Shown: in pieces, positions 31,446 to 41,078 of the stretch
How the letters are laid out: the number at the start of each line of letters is the position of its first letter
How positions within the stretch are numbered: position 1 is the stretch's first letter
Assembly: GCA_018675975.1 (NCBI GenBank)
Contig: JABGXB010000002.1
Location: forward strand, 1 to 64,000
Direction of reading: 5' to 3'
DNA length: 64,000 nucleotides
DNA from: Candidatus Woesearchaeota archaeon
Lineage (GTDB): Archaea > Nanobdellota > Nanobdellia > Woesearchaeales > JABGXB01
The notes under the pieces: model-generated
Seen by the model: only the letters and a program-made list of their open reading frames with translations
Told to the model about the DNA's origin: nothing
The model's database searches: none
Position numbers and translations under genes: made by a program

Positions 31446-32711
31446 GTGGTAAATAACTTTCTTATGAATAATTTGAATGATTTATTAAATTCTAAACCTA
31501 AAAGTAATCAAGATATTAGTGAAAAAGGTCAAAAACTAAAAAAAGAATTGATAGAACAAGCAAAAAAAGTAGAAAAAAAAAATACTAAAAAAACTACAAA
31601 GAAAACTAGTAAGAAGACTACTAAAAAAAAAACAGCTAAAAAAAAGAAAAATGAATTATTAAATCAAACCCATGATTATTCAAATATTAATAATAATGAA
31701 TATAGAAATCATTTAATTGATTATATTAATAAAAATTCAGATTTGGGTTTTGACTCTATATCAATTCTAGAACATTTAGTTGAATATGGAGTAGACTATA
31801 ATTATGCAAATGAATTAATTAATAATGTTAATTTAAGTAAAAATATATCAGAAACTAAAATTGTTGAAAAAGAAGAAAGAGAAATAATTTCAAAATCTCA
31901 AAATAATTTTAGATTTTTTATTGAACTATTTATAGTATTTATTATTATTACAATTTTATCATTAATGAGCAATGGAACAATCTATATCGTTGCCATGAGC
32001 TTTTTCCCTACAATATTAAATTTATGTTTAATACATTATTATTTTAAAAATAATAAAAATTATTTATTATCAATACCAATTTATTTAGTAATAATTTCAT
32101 TTTTTTCAATATTATTTAATTATGTACAAATTGGAGAAATATTTTTAAGAAATATTATTGATATAAAGGCAATTGCAATATATAATATAATATTAACTTT
32201 TATTTTTCAATTAGTTGAATTTGAAAATTTAAATATAATATTTGCAAATTTATCAAAACATTTCAATTTTCATAAAAAAGAAAATGTAAAAGATCTTAAA
32301 ATAACATTAAATAAAAATATAAGTATATTAAAAAAGAAAATATTAAAAATAAATCAATTAATTGAATCTACATACAAAATTAATAAAAAAGAATTAAATA
32401 ATGTATTAATTGATTTAAAATATTTAAAAAAATTAGAAAATATAGACTATAAAAATTTAATATTAAAAGCACATAATTATTTTGAAATATCTGATTTATT
32501 AGAAAAAGAAATCAAAAAATTAGAAAATGATGAAAAATTTTTTAATTTAAATAAAAAAGCAGGACACTTAAAAAGAGATAAATCAGGTAGATATTCTATT
32601 CTTAGTATCATAATGGTAAACAATCATGATATTGATTTAAAAAAATTATGGGAAGAAATTTTTTTCATAATAGATACTATTAAAGGAGAATTATATAATA
32701 ATAGTATTTAA
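31446..32711 (+). CDS. Hypothetical membrane protein with Lys/Thr-rich N-terminal tract
   Basis: KKTTKKTSKKTTKKK tract; about four central TM helices. Confidence 0.65.
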   Translation: MVNNFLMNNLNDLLNSKPKSNQDISEKGQKLKKELIEQAKKVEKKNTKKTTKKTSKKTTKKKTAKKKKNELLNQTHDYSNINNNEYRNHLIDYINKNSDLGFDSISILEHLVEYGVDYNYANELINNVNLSKNISETKIVEKEEREIISKSQNNFRFFIELFIVFIIITILSLMSNGTIYIVAMSFFPTILNLCLIHYYFKNNKNYLLSIPIYLVIISFFSILFNYVQIGEIFLRNIIDIKAIAIYNIILTFIFQLVEFENLNIIFANLSKHFNFHKKENVKDLKITLNKNISILKKKILKINQLIESTYKINKKELNNVLIDLKYLKKLENIDYKNLILKAHNYFEISDLLEKEIKKLENDEKFFNLNKKAGHLKRDKSGRYSILSIIMVNNHDIDLKKLWEEIFFIIDTIKGELYNNSI

Positions 32712-32712
32712 A

Positions 32713-33360
32713 ATGAAAATTGAACAAGATAATTATTATAATGAAATTAGTGATGGATATAATAATTTATACAAAGAAGAACAAGATGATAAATGTAAAT
32801 TTATATTTTCAAGATATAATTGGAACGAATTATTTAAAAATCTTGAATTAAAAGAAAAAATAAATATTTTAGATCTTGGTTGTGGAACTGGAATAAGTAC
32901 ATTAAATCTAATTGAAGAATTAAATAAATATAAAAAATTTAAAGATAAAAAAATAAATATAATCTTAATTGATCCAGCAAAATTATTATTAGAAAAAATA
33001 ATTTTAATTGAAAAAGGTGAAATGTATCATGATCCTAAAATGGAAAATGAAAATTATACTGTAATAGATTTAAATGAATATGAATTAGATATTACTATTT
33101 CTAAAATTAATATGTATGGAGAAAATTTAAATGATATAAATTTTGAATGTGATTTTTTATTTTCATTAACTGCATTACAAAATGTAAGTAATTTAAATAA
33201 AATAATTGAAATAATAAAAAATAAAAAAATTAAGAATTTTATTTTATCATATCTTTATCGAGGAAAAGAAAACGAACTTGACAAAGTTATAGAGTTATTT
33301 GAAAAATTAGAATTTAAAAAATTATTAAAAAACAATAAAGACATTTTTTTTGTAAAGTGA
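32713..33360 (+). CDS. Class I SAM-dependent methyltransferase
   Basis: ILDLGCGTG, IDP, SLTALQN. Confidence 0.8.
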   Translation: MKIEQDNYYNEISDGYNNLYKEEQDDKCKFIFSRYNWNELFKNLELKEKINILDLGCGTGISTLNLIEELNKYKKFKDKKINIILIDPAKLLLEKIILIEKGEMYHDPKMENENYTVIDLNEYELDITISKINMYGENLNDINFECDFLFSLTALQNVSNLNKIIEIIKNKKIKNFILSYLYRGKENELDKVIELFEKLEFKKLLKNNKDIFFVK

Positions 33361-33404
33361 TGATAATTATAATGCAAAATAAATACATTTATAAATAAAA
33401 CTTA

Positions 33405-34481
33405 ATGCCCTCATTTAATATGGTTCATAAAAATTTAAATCCAGAAGATATTATATCTGAAAAATTTGAAAAAATTCTAGGTCAAAACGAAGCTAAAATT
33501 CAATTAAAGTCTGCTATATTAATGGACAGACATGTAATCTTGGTAGGTCCTCCAGGAGTTGGTAAAACAAGTTTTGCAAAAAATGTTGCAGAATTATTAA
33601 AATCAATTAAAGCAGTTGATTGTTCTTATCATTGCAATCCAGAAAAACCTATTTGTCCTGAATGTTTACATAAAATAAAAAATAATGAAAAATTAGAAAT
33701 AGTTGAATTAAATGGTAAAGATAGATTCATTAGGGTACAAGGTTCACCAGATTTAACTGTAGAAGATTTAATTGGTGATATTGATCCAATTAAGGCATTA
33801 GAATATGGACCATTATCCATGCAAGCATTTACACCAGGTAAGATATTTAAAGCAAATAGAGGATTATTATTTTTTGATGAAGTTAATAGATGTCCTGAAA
33901 AATTACAAAATGCATTATTACAAATATTAGAAGAAGGAAAAGCAACTATTGGAAATCATGATGTAGATATTGATGCAAGCTTTATTTTTATTGGAACAAT
34001 GAATCCTACTGACTTTGCTGGAACACAATCATTATCTGAAGTTTTTTTAGATAGAACAGATTTAATATATGTAAATTATCCAGAAACTAGAGAAATTGAA
34101 ATGCAAATCTTAGATGAAAATACTCAAGAATTAGATTCAATTGAAATGCCAGAAAAAATATCTTATTCAATTGTTGAATTTATACAAAAATTAAGACAAA
34201 GTGATAAATTAGAAAAACAACCAAGTGTAAGAGCAAGTATTGGATTACATGAGAGAAGTCGATCATATGCAAAATTATGTAATTGTAATAAAGTTGAAAT
34301 GAAACATGTTGAGTTTGTAATACCTTCTGTTTTAGAACATAGAATTAAATTAAAACCAAATTATAAATTTTTAATGAAGCCAAAAGATTTTTTAAAAAAA
34401 GAATTTAATGACTTTAAAAAAGAAGGAAATAATTATGCAGGAATAGCACCTAAAAGAGAGAAGAGTTCTGAAGTTCCCTGA
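33405..34481 (+). CDS. ChlI/MoxR-like AAA+ ATPase
   Basis: ILGQ, GPPGVGKT, Cys cluster, GKIFKANRGLLFFDEVNR, GTMNP, DR. Confidence 0.9.
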   Translation: MPSFNMVHKNLNPEDIISEKFEKILGQNEAKIQLKSAILMDRHVILVGPPGVGKTSFAKNVAELLKSIKAVDCSYHCNPEKPICPECLHKIKNNEKLEIVELNGKDRFIRVQGSPDLTVEDLIGDIDPIKALEYGPLSMQAFTPGKIFKANRGLLFFDEVNRCPEKLQNALLQILEEGKATIGNHDVDIDASFIFIGTMNPTDFAGTQSLSEVFLDRTDLIYVNYPETREIEMQILDENTQELDSIEMPEKISYSIVEFIQKLRQSDKLEKQPSVRASIGLHERSRSYAKLCNCNKVEMKHVEFVIPSVLEHRIKLKPNYKFLMKPKDFLKKEFNDFKKEGNNYAGIAPKREKSSEVP

Positions 34482-35694
34482 AAATAATGATTCTAAATTA
34501 GAGAAAGATAAACACGAAAGACAAACAACAACTAGTGATTTAACTAAAGGATCTGAACAAGAAAATGAAACATTTAGTGATTCTGATAAAAAAGGTCTTG
34601 CAAAGAGTTTAATCGATGATGATGGAGGTTCTTTAGAAGATGCAACATTAATTAATAGTGCAATAAATCAAGGTATGGGGGCTTTCACACCTAATATGAT
34701 GTTTGAAAAAATGGTTAGTAATTTTAGAAATTCTAAAAATATATATGGAGAAAGTATGATTAGGGCAACTACTGGCTATGACAGTGAATATATTGATAAA
34801 AATATTAAATATCCAGAATTTCAAAGAGAATTAGAAAAAAGAATGAAGGATAAAAAAGATGAATTTAAGAAAAAGAAATTAGTTGATAGTAAAGGAAATT
34901 ATACACAAAAAGCAACTGAGTTAGCAGTTTTATCTATGTATGCAACAGAGTTAGATAATTTAGAAGCAATTGATAATATCCATGGAAAAAAATTCACAAG
35001 AAAAATGGATAAGTATGGAGAAAAACAAGAAATTACAAATTATAAAAAGGGTGCGAGATTTAGAGATATTGCAATAAGACAATCTATTAAAAATCTAATT
35101 AGACATAATCAAAAAAAATTAAGTCTTGAAAATATGAAAATGTATGAAAGACAATCTAAAGGAGTCTTAAATATAATTTATGCTATTGATACAAGTAGTT
35201 CTATGAAAGGTAAGAAGTTAGAATCAACAAAAAAGGCAGGATTAGCACTTGCGTATAAAGCAATATCAAATAAAGATAAAGTTGGATTAATTGCATTTGC
35301 AGAAAATATTATTACAAGTATTGAACCTACAGATGATTTTTCAAAAATTGTAAATGGTTTGACATTATTAAAACCAAAAGATGAAACTGATTTTGAAAAA
35401 GTTATTAATGAAGCAATGAGATTATTTCCAGAAGGAGATGAATTAAAACATTTAGTTATTATAACAGATGCAATGCCTACAGCAGGAAATGATCCCGTTC
35501 AAGACACATTACAGGCAATTTCAATGGCAAGAGCTGCAAATATTACTATTAGTATAGTTGGAATGCAATTAGATGAACAAGGTGAAAGTTTAGCTCAAAA
35601 AATAGTTCAAATCAGTGAAGGAAAATTATACAAAGTTCTTGAAACTGAAAATTTAAATCAAATTGTATTGCAAGATTATTATGCATATGAATAA
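34468..35694 (+). CDS. VWA-domain protein (ChlD C-terminal-like); start uncertain
   Basis: DTSSSM MIDAS, KDKVGLIAF, ITDAMPT; frame open from 34447, first ATG only at 34675, CTG at 34468. Confidence 0.8.
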   Translation: MKFPENNDSKLEKDKHERQTTTSDLTKGSEQENETFSDSDKKGLAKSLIDDDGGSLEDATLINSAINQGMGAFTPNMMFEKMVSNFRNSKNIYGESMIRATTGYDSEYIDKNIKYPEFQRELEKRMKDKKDEFKKKKLVDSKGNYTQKATELAVLSMYATELDNLEAIDNIHGKKFTRKMDKYGEKQEITNYKKGARFRDIAIRQSIKNLIRHNQKKLSLENMKMYERQSKGVLNIIYAIDTSSSMKGKKLESTKKAGLALAYKAISNKDKVGLIAFAENIITSIEPTDDFSKIVNGLTLLKPKDETDFEKVINEAMRLFPEGDELKHLVIITDAMPTAGNDPVQDTLQAISMARAANITISIVGMQLDEQGESLAQKIVQISEGKLYKVLETENLNQIVLQDYYAYE

Positions 35695-35718
35695 TTTTTT
35701 TATATTATAATTAATATT

Positions 35719-36276
35719 TTAAATAGTTTTATCCCAATCTGCTAAAAGAATACCATCTGTTTTTAATACTCTTTTAATTTGAGGAACTAAAATATATTTT
35801 AATTTTTCCGTATCACCTTTCATCATTTCTAATTGAGGTGAATTATAAAGTAATTTAGTATGGACAATGTCAATAGAATTATCATCTATCATAGAAAGTG
35901 AATTTTCTAAAAGTAAATTAACTCTATCATAATGTTCAAATTTTTCACCCGTTAAAGAACCATAGTCAATCCCTATTGGATGAGCACCTAATTCAAAAAG
36001 ACCTCTACAAATCCAAGGATAAAAAGTATATTTAGAAATTAAATCATCATCACATGCAGAAATATAATTATCATAAGAAGTATTAAAATCACTTGATACT
36101 GAACCACAACCTAAATCAAGAATTTTTTTACCTTTATAGTTTGGTAAATGATTTAAAATCTTTAAAATCCCAAGCTTCATCTCTGTAAAATCAAAATTAT
36201 CACATTCATATTGTTCAGATAATTTATCATTTAATGAAAATACTAATTTGTTTAATTCCATTAAGGACCTGCACAT
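35719..36276 (-). CDS. Class I SAM methyltransferase-like protein
   Basis: KILDLGCG, DNSIDIV, KRVLKTDG. Confidence 0.7.
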   Translation of the reverse strand: MCRSLMELNKLVFSLNDKLSEQYECDNFDFTEMKLGILKILNHLPNYKGKKILDLGCGSVSSDFNTSYDNYISACDDDLISKYTFYPWICRGLFELGAHPIGIDYGSLTGEKFEHYDRVNLLLENSLSMIDDNSIDIVHTKLLYNSPQLEMMKGDTEKLKYILVPQIKRVLKTDGILLADWDKTI

Positions 36277-36328
36277 AGAAAATTTATAAAAGTTCCTAAA
36301 AAATTAATAAATATACTATAAAATAAAA

Positions 36329-36895
36329 TTATTTTTCAATTTTATGAATTTTTAAAATTTTAACTTCAAATTTTAAATCAGAATCAGTTAAAGGATTATT
36401 AAAATCTAATTTAACTATACCATCTTTTATTTCAATTACTTTAGCATAATGAAATTTATTATCTTTACCCTTAAATGAATAAGTATGACCTACTTCATGA
36501 AATTGTTCAGGTAAGCTACTTTGATATATAGACTCAATTAATTTAGGATTAGATTTACCATAAGCATTTTCAATAATAAATGTTTTTTTTTCACCTTCAA
36601 ACATTCCAATTAATTTTTCTTCAAATGATTTTAAAAGAGTCTCTGAACCAACTTTTACTTTCATTGGATCCTCAATCGTTTTTTGATCCACAATAGTTCC
36701 ATCTTCAAGTAAAGTTTTATATGAAAATTCAATATTATCATTTATATCAACAATTTTTTTTTCTTTTTTATATGGTTCTAATATTTCATCAATAAATTCA
36801 TCATTATGCTCAACATATTCTTCTTCATCTAATGAAATTAAATCATCTTTTTCTAAATCATCAAAATCTTTAAAATTTTCATCCATTAAAAACAC
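36329..36895 (-). CDS. FKBP-type (SlyD-like) PPIase with acidic N-terminus
   Basis: LEDGTIVD, AYG, LDFNNPL, LKFEVKI. Confidence 0.85.
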   Translation of the reverse strand: MFLMDENFKDFDDLEKDDLISLDEEEYVEHNDEFIDEILEPYKKEKKIVDINDNIEFSYKTLLEDGTIVDQKTIEDPMKVKVGSETLLKSFEEKLIGMFEGEKKTFIIENAYGKSNPKLIESIYQSSLPEQFHEVGHTYSFKGKDNKFHYAKVIEIKDGIVKLDFNNPLTDSDLKFEVKILKIHKIEK

Positions 36896-37493
36896 CCATT
36901 ATCATATAAAATAAACTAGACCAAATTCCCCACCCATCAAAAAATGGTAGTGGAATTATATTAAAGAAAAATAAAAATTTATTTATTCTGCCAATATTTC
37001 CAATAGTAATTTGAGCTGAATGTTTTAATTTCATCTTACTAAATAATAAATATTGACATAATTTCCATATAATTAAATTTAATAAAGGACCAGACACACT
37101 AATTAAAAAATTATCCAAATATGTGAATACACCACTAGTAACTACAAAAGCAGGAACTATAAATGTAAAACCAAATGCAAATTTAAATAATAAAGACATA
37201 AATAAACCCTGAGTACTAATATCTATTATGGCACTAAAACCTAATGCTAAACCCATTAGTTTATGACCAATTTCATGAAGTCCAATTGATGGAATTAGAA
37301 TTAAAAAGGTATAACCTATTAATTTTAATTGATATGGATCTGAAATAGATTTAATGTCTCTATAATAACTTTCAGAATATGAATTAAATCTATGAGTTTT
37401 CTCAATCGGTAATTTAAAATAATCTTTTAATATAAAAGCAGCAACTAAAGTTCCAATTACTATTTTTATAATTTCAATAATACTAAATACCAT
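36879..37493 (-). CDS. Site-2 protease (M50) family
   Basis: LHEIGH, SGPLLN, FNIIPLPFFDG. Confidence 0.88.
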   Translation of the reverse strand: MVFSIIEIIKIVIGTLVAAFILKDYFKLPIEKTHRFNSYSESYYRDIKSISDPYQLKLIGYTFLILIPSIGLHEIGHKLMGLALGFSAIIDISTQGLFMSLLFKFAFGFTFIVPAFVVTSGVFTYLDNFLISVSGPLLNLIIWKLCQYLLFSKMKLKHSAQITIGNIGRINKFLFFFNIIPLPFFDGWGIWSSLFYMIMGVFNG

Positions 37494-37628
37494 AACTTAA
37501 CTGTTTTTTTTGTATTAATAAAATTATTTATTAAAATGACAAAAATAACTCAATTTATAAAAAAATGTCATTTAAAAAAGAAATAATTATAAAGCAAATA
37601 GATTTTTTGAAATATTGTTGAGAGTAAT

Positions 37629-38513
37629 ATGGGATTGATAGATAAATACATTAATTTTTTTGAAAAAAATTACAAACTATTAATTATAATTCCATTATTA
37701 TTATTATTTTTCTCATTTTTAATTATTGGACAAAATTATGCCAAAACTAATAGTTTTGTACAAAAAGATGTAAGTTTAAAGGGTGGTATTAGTATAACTA
37801 TAGATAATACTAATTCACAAATAACCGATTCTATTGAAAATCTAGAAAAAGAGTTAGAATCAGAATTTGATTATGCAGATTTTAGCTTACAAGAAATAAT
37901 AAATCCAAGAAGTGTCTTAATTCATGCCGCAGATATTGAAGAAGATAAAGTTAAAAAATTTTTAGAAAATAAATTTGGAGAATTTGAAAAAGAAAATTAT
38001 AATGTAAAAATTCAATCATCACAATTTGGAGAATCATTTTTTACTGATACATTAATTGCAATAATAATTGCATTTTTATTTATGGGTATAATTGTATTTA
38101 TTTATTTTAGAAAATTTGCTCCATCATTAGGTGTTGTACTTTCGGCATTTTCAGATATAATTATTACAGTTGCAGTAATAAACTTATTAGAAATAAGATT
38201 ATCAACAGCAGGTGTTGCAGCTATTTTAATGATTATTGGTTATTCAGTGGATACTAATATTTTATTATCAAGTAAAATTTTATCAAAATCTGATGAAACT
38301 TTTTCACAAAAAATGTCATATACTATGAATACTGGTTTAATGATGACATTTACAACACTAGGGGCTTTAATTGCAGGATTATTATTTGCAAAGGCTCCAG
38401 AACTAATACAAATATTTACAATTCTATTAATTGGATTATTAACTGATCTAATCATGACTTGGATTCAAAATGCAGCAATATTAAAATATTTTTCAGAGGA
38501 TAAAAATGAATAA
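37629..38513 (+). CDS. secF: Protein translocase subunit SecF
   Basis: SLKGG, AAILMIIGYSVDTNILL, six-TM pattern. Confidence 0.92.
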   Translation: MGLIDKYINFFEKNYKLLIIIPLLLLFFSFLIIGQNYAKTNSFVQKDVSLKGGISITIDNTNSQITDSIENLEKELESEFDYADFSLQEIINPRSVLIHAADIEEDKVKKFLENKFGEFEKENYNVKIQSSQFGESFFTDTLIAIIIAFLFMGIIVFIYFRKFAPSLGVVLSAFSDIIITVAVINLLEIRLSTAGVAAILMIIGYSVDTNILLSSKILSKSDETFSQKMSYTMNTGLMMTFTTLGALIAGLLFAKAPELIQIFTILLIGLLTDLIMTWIQNAAILKYFSEDKNE

Positions 38514-40233
38514 AGAAGTTTGGAAAAAAGCATTATTAAATTGGAGAGTATTATTATTAATATTTTTTATTTTTATTAGTATAATTGCTATAAGACCAAG
38601 TTTATTCGAAGAAAAAGGAGTTGCAGTAAGAGCGATTTCACAAAATTCAACTTTTGCTAATGGTGGTTTGATTTCACCAAATGCTGAAATAAGTCCAAAA
38701 GATAGACAAGTTATTATTGAAATAAATAAATTAGATATTATTTCACCTGAACAATTTTATTCAATTTTATCAAGACTTGAAATTGGAGAAACATTTACAT
38801 TTAAATTAAGAGATGAACAAATTCCTAGAAGTACAACTATAATTCCATATTATGAAACTAAAGAAATGTTAGAAAATGTTACTGAAACAATTAATATTAC
38901 AAGTGAAGAAATTGTAAATGGAAGTTTAAAAAATATAACTAAACAAGTTGATCAAATTAGTGAAAAATTAATTAATAAATCATTTGCAACAAATAAAGCA
39001 AATTTAGGAATAAAAGTATATGAACCTCCTATGAGTAATATTAAAAAAGGTTTAGATTTACAAGGTGGAACATTTGCATTATTATCGCCTGAAGGAAATA
39101 TTACAATTGAAGAATTAGATTTATCAAAAAATTCATATGAACAAAGATTAAATGCATTTGGTCTTTCAGATATTACAGTTTCAAGTACTACAGATTTAGT
39201 GGGTAATAAATATATTAAAGTTGAAATTGCTGGTGCAACTGATGAAGATATAGTAAATTTACTTTCAAGTCAAGGTAAGTTTGAAGCAAAAATTGGTAGT
39301 GATATGTTATTTCAAGGTGGAAAAGATATTACATTTGTTTGTACAACACCACAATGTTCTGGAATTAATCAAAATGTAGGTTGTCAAAAAATTGGAAATG
39401 GTTGGGAATGTGGTTATCAGTTTTCTATTGAAATTACTCCTGAAGCAAGTATTAGACAATATGAAGTTATGAAACAATTAGATATTGTAGATTCACAATT
39501 ATCAAAACCAATTGATTTTTATTTAGATAATAGTTTAGCTAGTAGTTTACCAATATCAGCTGGATTAAAAGGTGTAAGAACAACAAGTCTTTCAATACAA
39601 GGTCGTGGACAAGGACCAGATCAATTAACTGCCAGAGATAATGCAATTTTAGAAATGAAAAAAACTCAATCTATTTTACAAACGGGTTCATTACCTGTAA
39701 AATTTAATATTGTAAGTATTAATCCAGTGTCTGCAAAACTTGGAAATGAATTTTTTAAAAATGCAATTTATGTAGGTTTACTTTCAATATTGGTTGTTTG
39801 TTTAATTATCTTTATCAAATATAGAAAATTAAAAATTGCACTTCCATTATTGTTTACTTCTATTTCTGAAGTAATTATATTATTAGGATTTTATGCAGCA
39901 TTTGGAAATAATTTAGATTTAGCTGCAATTGGTGGTATAGTTATTGCAGTTGGTACTGGAGTGGATCATCAAATTGTTATTATTCAAGAAATTTTACAAG
40001 GTACTGGAAATAGAATATTATCATGGAAACAAAAAATTAAAAATGCATTTAAAGTAATTAGTGCAAGTTATTTAACTACAATTGTTGCAATGATTGTATT
40101 AATGAGTGCTGGTGCAGGATTATTATTTGGTTTTGCATTAACAACTATTGTAGGATTAACATTCGGAATTTTAGTAAGCAGACCCGCTTTTGCACACATT
40201 ATTGAAAGTTTAATGAATGAAGAGAATAATTAA
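38506..40233 (+). CDS. secD: Protein translocase subunit SecD
   Basis: KGLDLQGG, GKFEAKI, LQTGSLPV, GTGVDHQIVI. Confidence 0.92.
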   Translation: MNKEVWKKALLNWRVLLLIFFIFISIIAIRPSLFEEKGVAVRAISQNSTFANGGLISPNAEISPKDRQVIIEINKLDIISPEQFYSILSRLEIGETFTFKLRDEQIPRSTTIIPYYETKEMLENVTETINITSEEIVNGSLKNITKQVDQISEKLINKSFATNKANLGIKVYEPPMSNIKKGLDLQGGTFALLSPEGNITIEELDLSKNSYEQRLNAFGLSDITVSSTTDLVGNKYIKVEIAGATDEDIVNLLSSQGKFEAKIGSDMLFQGGKDITFVCTTPQCSGINQNVGCQKIGNGWECGYQFSIEITPEASIRQYEVMKQLDIVDSQLSKPIDFYLDNSLASSLPISAGLKGVRTTSLSIQGRGQGPDQLTARDNAILEMKKTQSILQTGSLPVKFNIVSINPVSAKLGNEFFKNAIYVGLLSILVVCLIIFIKYRKLKIALPLLFTSISEVIILLGFYAAFGNNLDLAAIGGIVIAVGTGVDHQIVIIQEILQGTGNRILSWKQKIKNAFKVISASYLTTIVAMIVLMSAGAGLLFGFALTTIVGLTFGILVSRPAFAHIIESLMNEENN

Positions 40234-40249
40234 TATTTTTTAATAAAAA

Positions 40250-41029
40250 TTAAATTTCAAATTGATGTAAAAAATCTTCTTCGGCAAAATGTAATTTAGA
40301 AGGTATAATAATACAATGAACGGGTTTTCCAAAATCAAAATTAATTAAATCTTTAATTTTACCAAATTTAATAACTTCATCATCCGCACCTAATCTTGCA
40401 CAAACAATTATATTAGTATCATCATTAATTTCAAAATCTAAATCTTCTTCATCTAATAGTTTATTACTAGAATTTTTTAAAATATTTAATGCCTGATTTG
40501 CTGTTAAAAATTTATTATTTTGTGGATCTAAATCTAATAAAAATAAAGTATGTGCATCAATTGATTGATTTTGATTATATATTCTTATTGGAGTTGTTAT
40601 TTTATAATTTTCTTGTTCAAATGGAACTGAAGTTACTTTTCCAAATTTATACAATTGTAAACCTGTTTTAGAAATTGCAGTAAAAACACTTGCATTATGA
40701 ACTACTTTAGTTTCAATTTGTAATTCTTTTGCCCTCATTAACAAATCACAATGTGTTGTTGCAGATAATGGATCTCCAATAACTAAAAGAGAAATATTAT
40801 TTTCTTTTGATTTATTTAATATTAAATCTTCAATTTTATTTTCAATATCATCCCTATACAAAACATTTACTTTTTTATTAAATAATTGTTCTAATTCTTC
40901 AATTGAATTATGAATTAAACAAGTATAATATTCTATGTATACCTCATCACTATTTTTAATTAAATTTAACCCTTTTAGACTAATATCTAATTTATCATTA
41001 ATTCCAATACCTATTAAATTTAATACCAT
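40250..41029 (-). CDS. dph5: Diphthine synthase
   Basis: LIGIG, EYYT, GDPLSATTH, GLQLYKFG, HTLFLLD, LHFAE. Confidence 0.95.
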   Translation of the reverse strand: MVLNLIGIGINDKLDISLKGLNLIKNSDEVYIEYYTCLIHNSIEELEQLFNKKVNVLYRDDIENKIEDLILNKSKENNISLLVIGDPLSATTHCDLLMRAKELQIETKVVHNASVFTAISKTGLQLYKFGKVTSVPFEQENYKITTPIRIYNQNQSIDAHTLFLLDLDPQNNKFLTANQALNILKNSSNKLLDEEDLDFEINDDTNIIVCARLGADDEVIKFGKIKDLINFDFGKPVHCIIIPSKLHFAEEDFLHQFEI

Positions 41030-41078
41030 AAATCAATCAAAAAAGTGTTATTTAAAAATATATTTAAAATAAAAAAAA

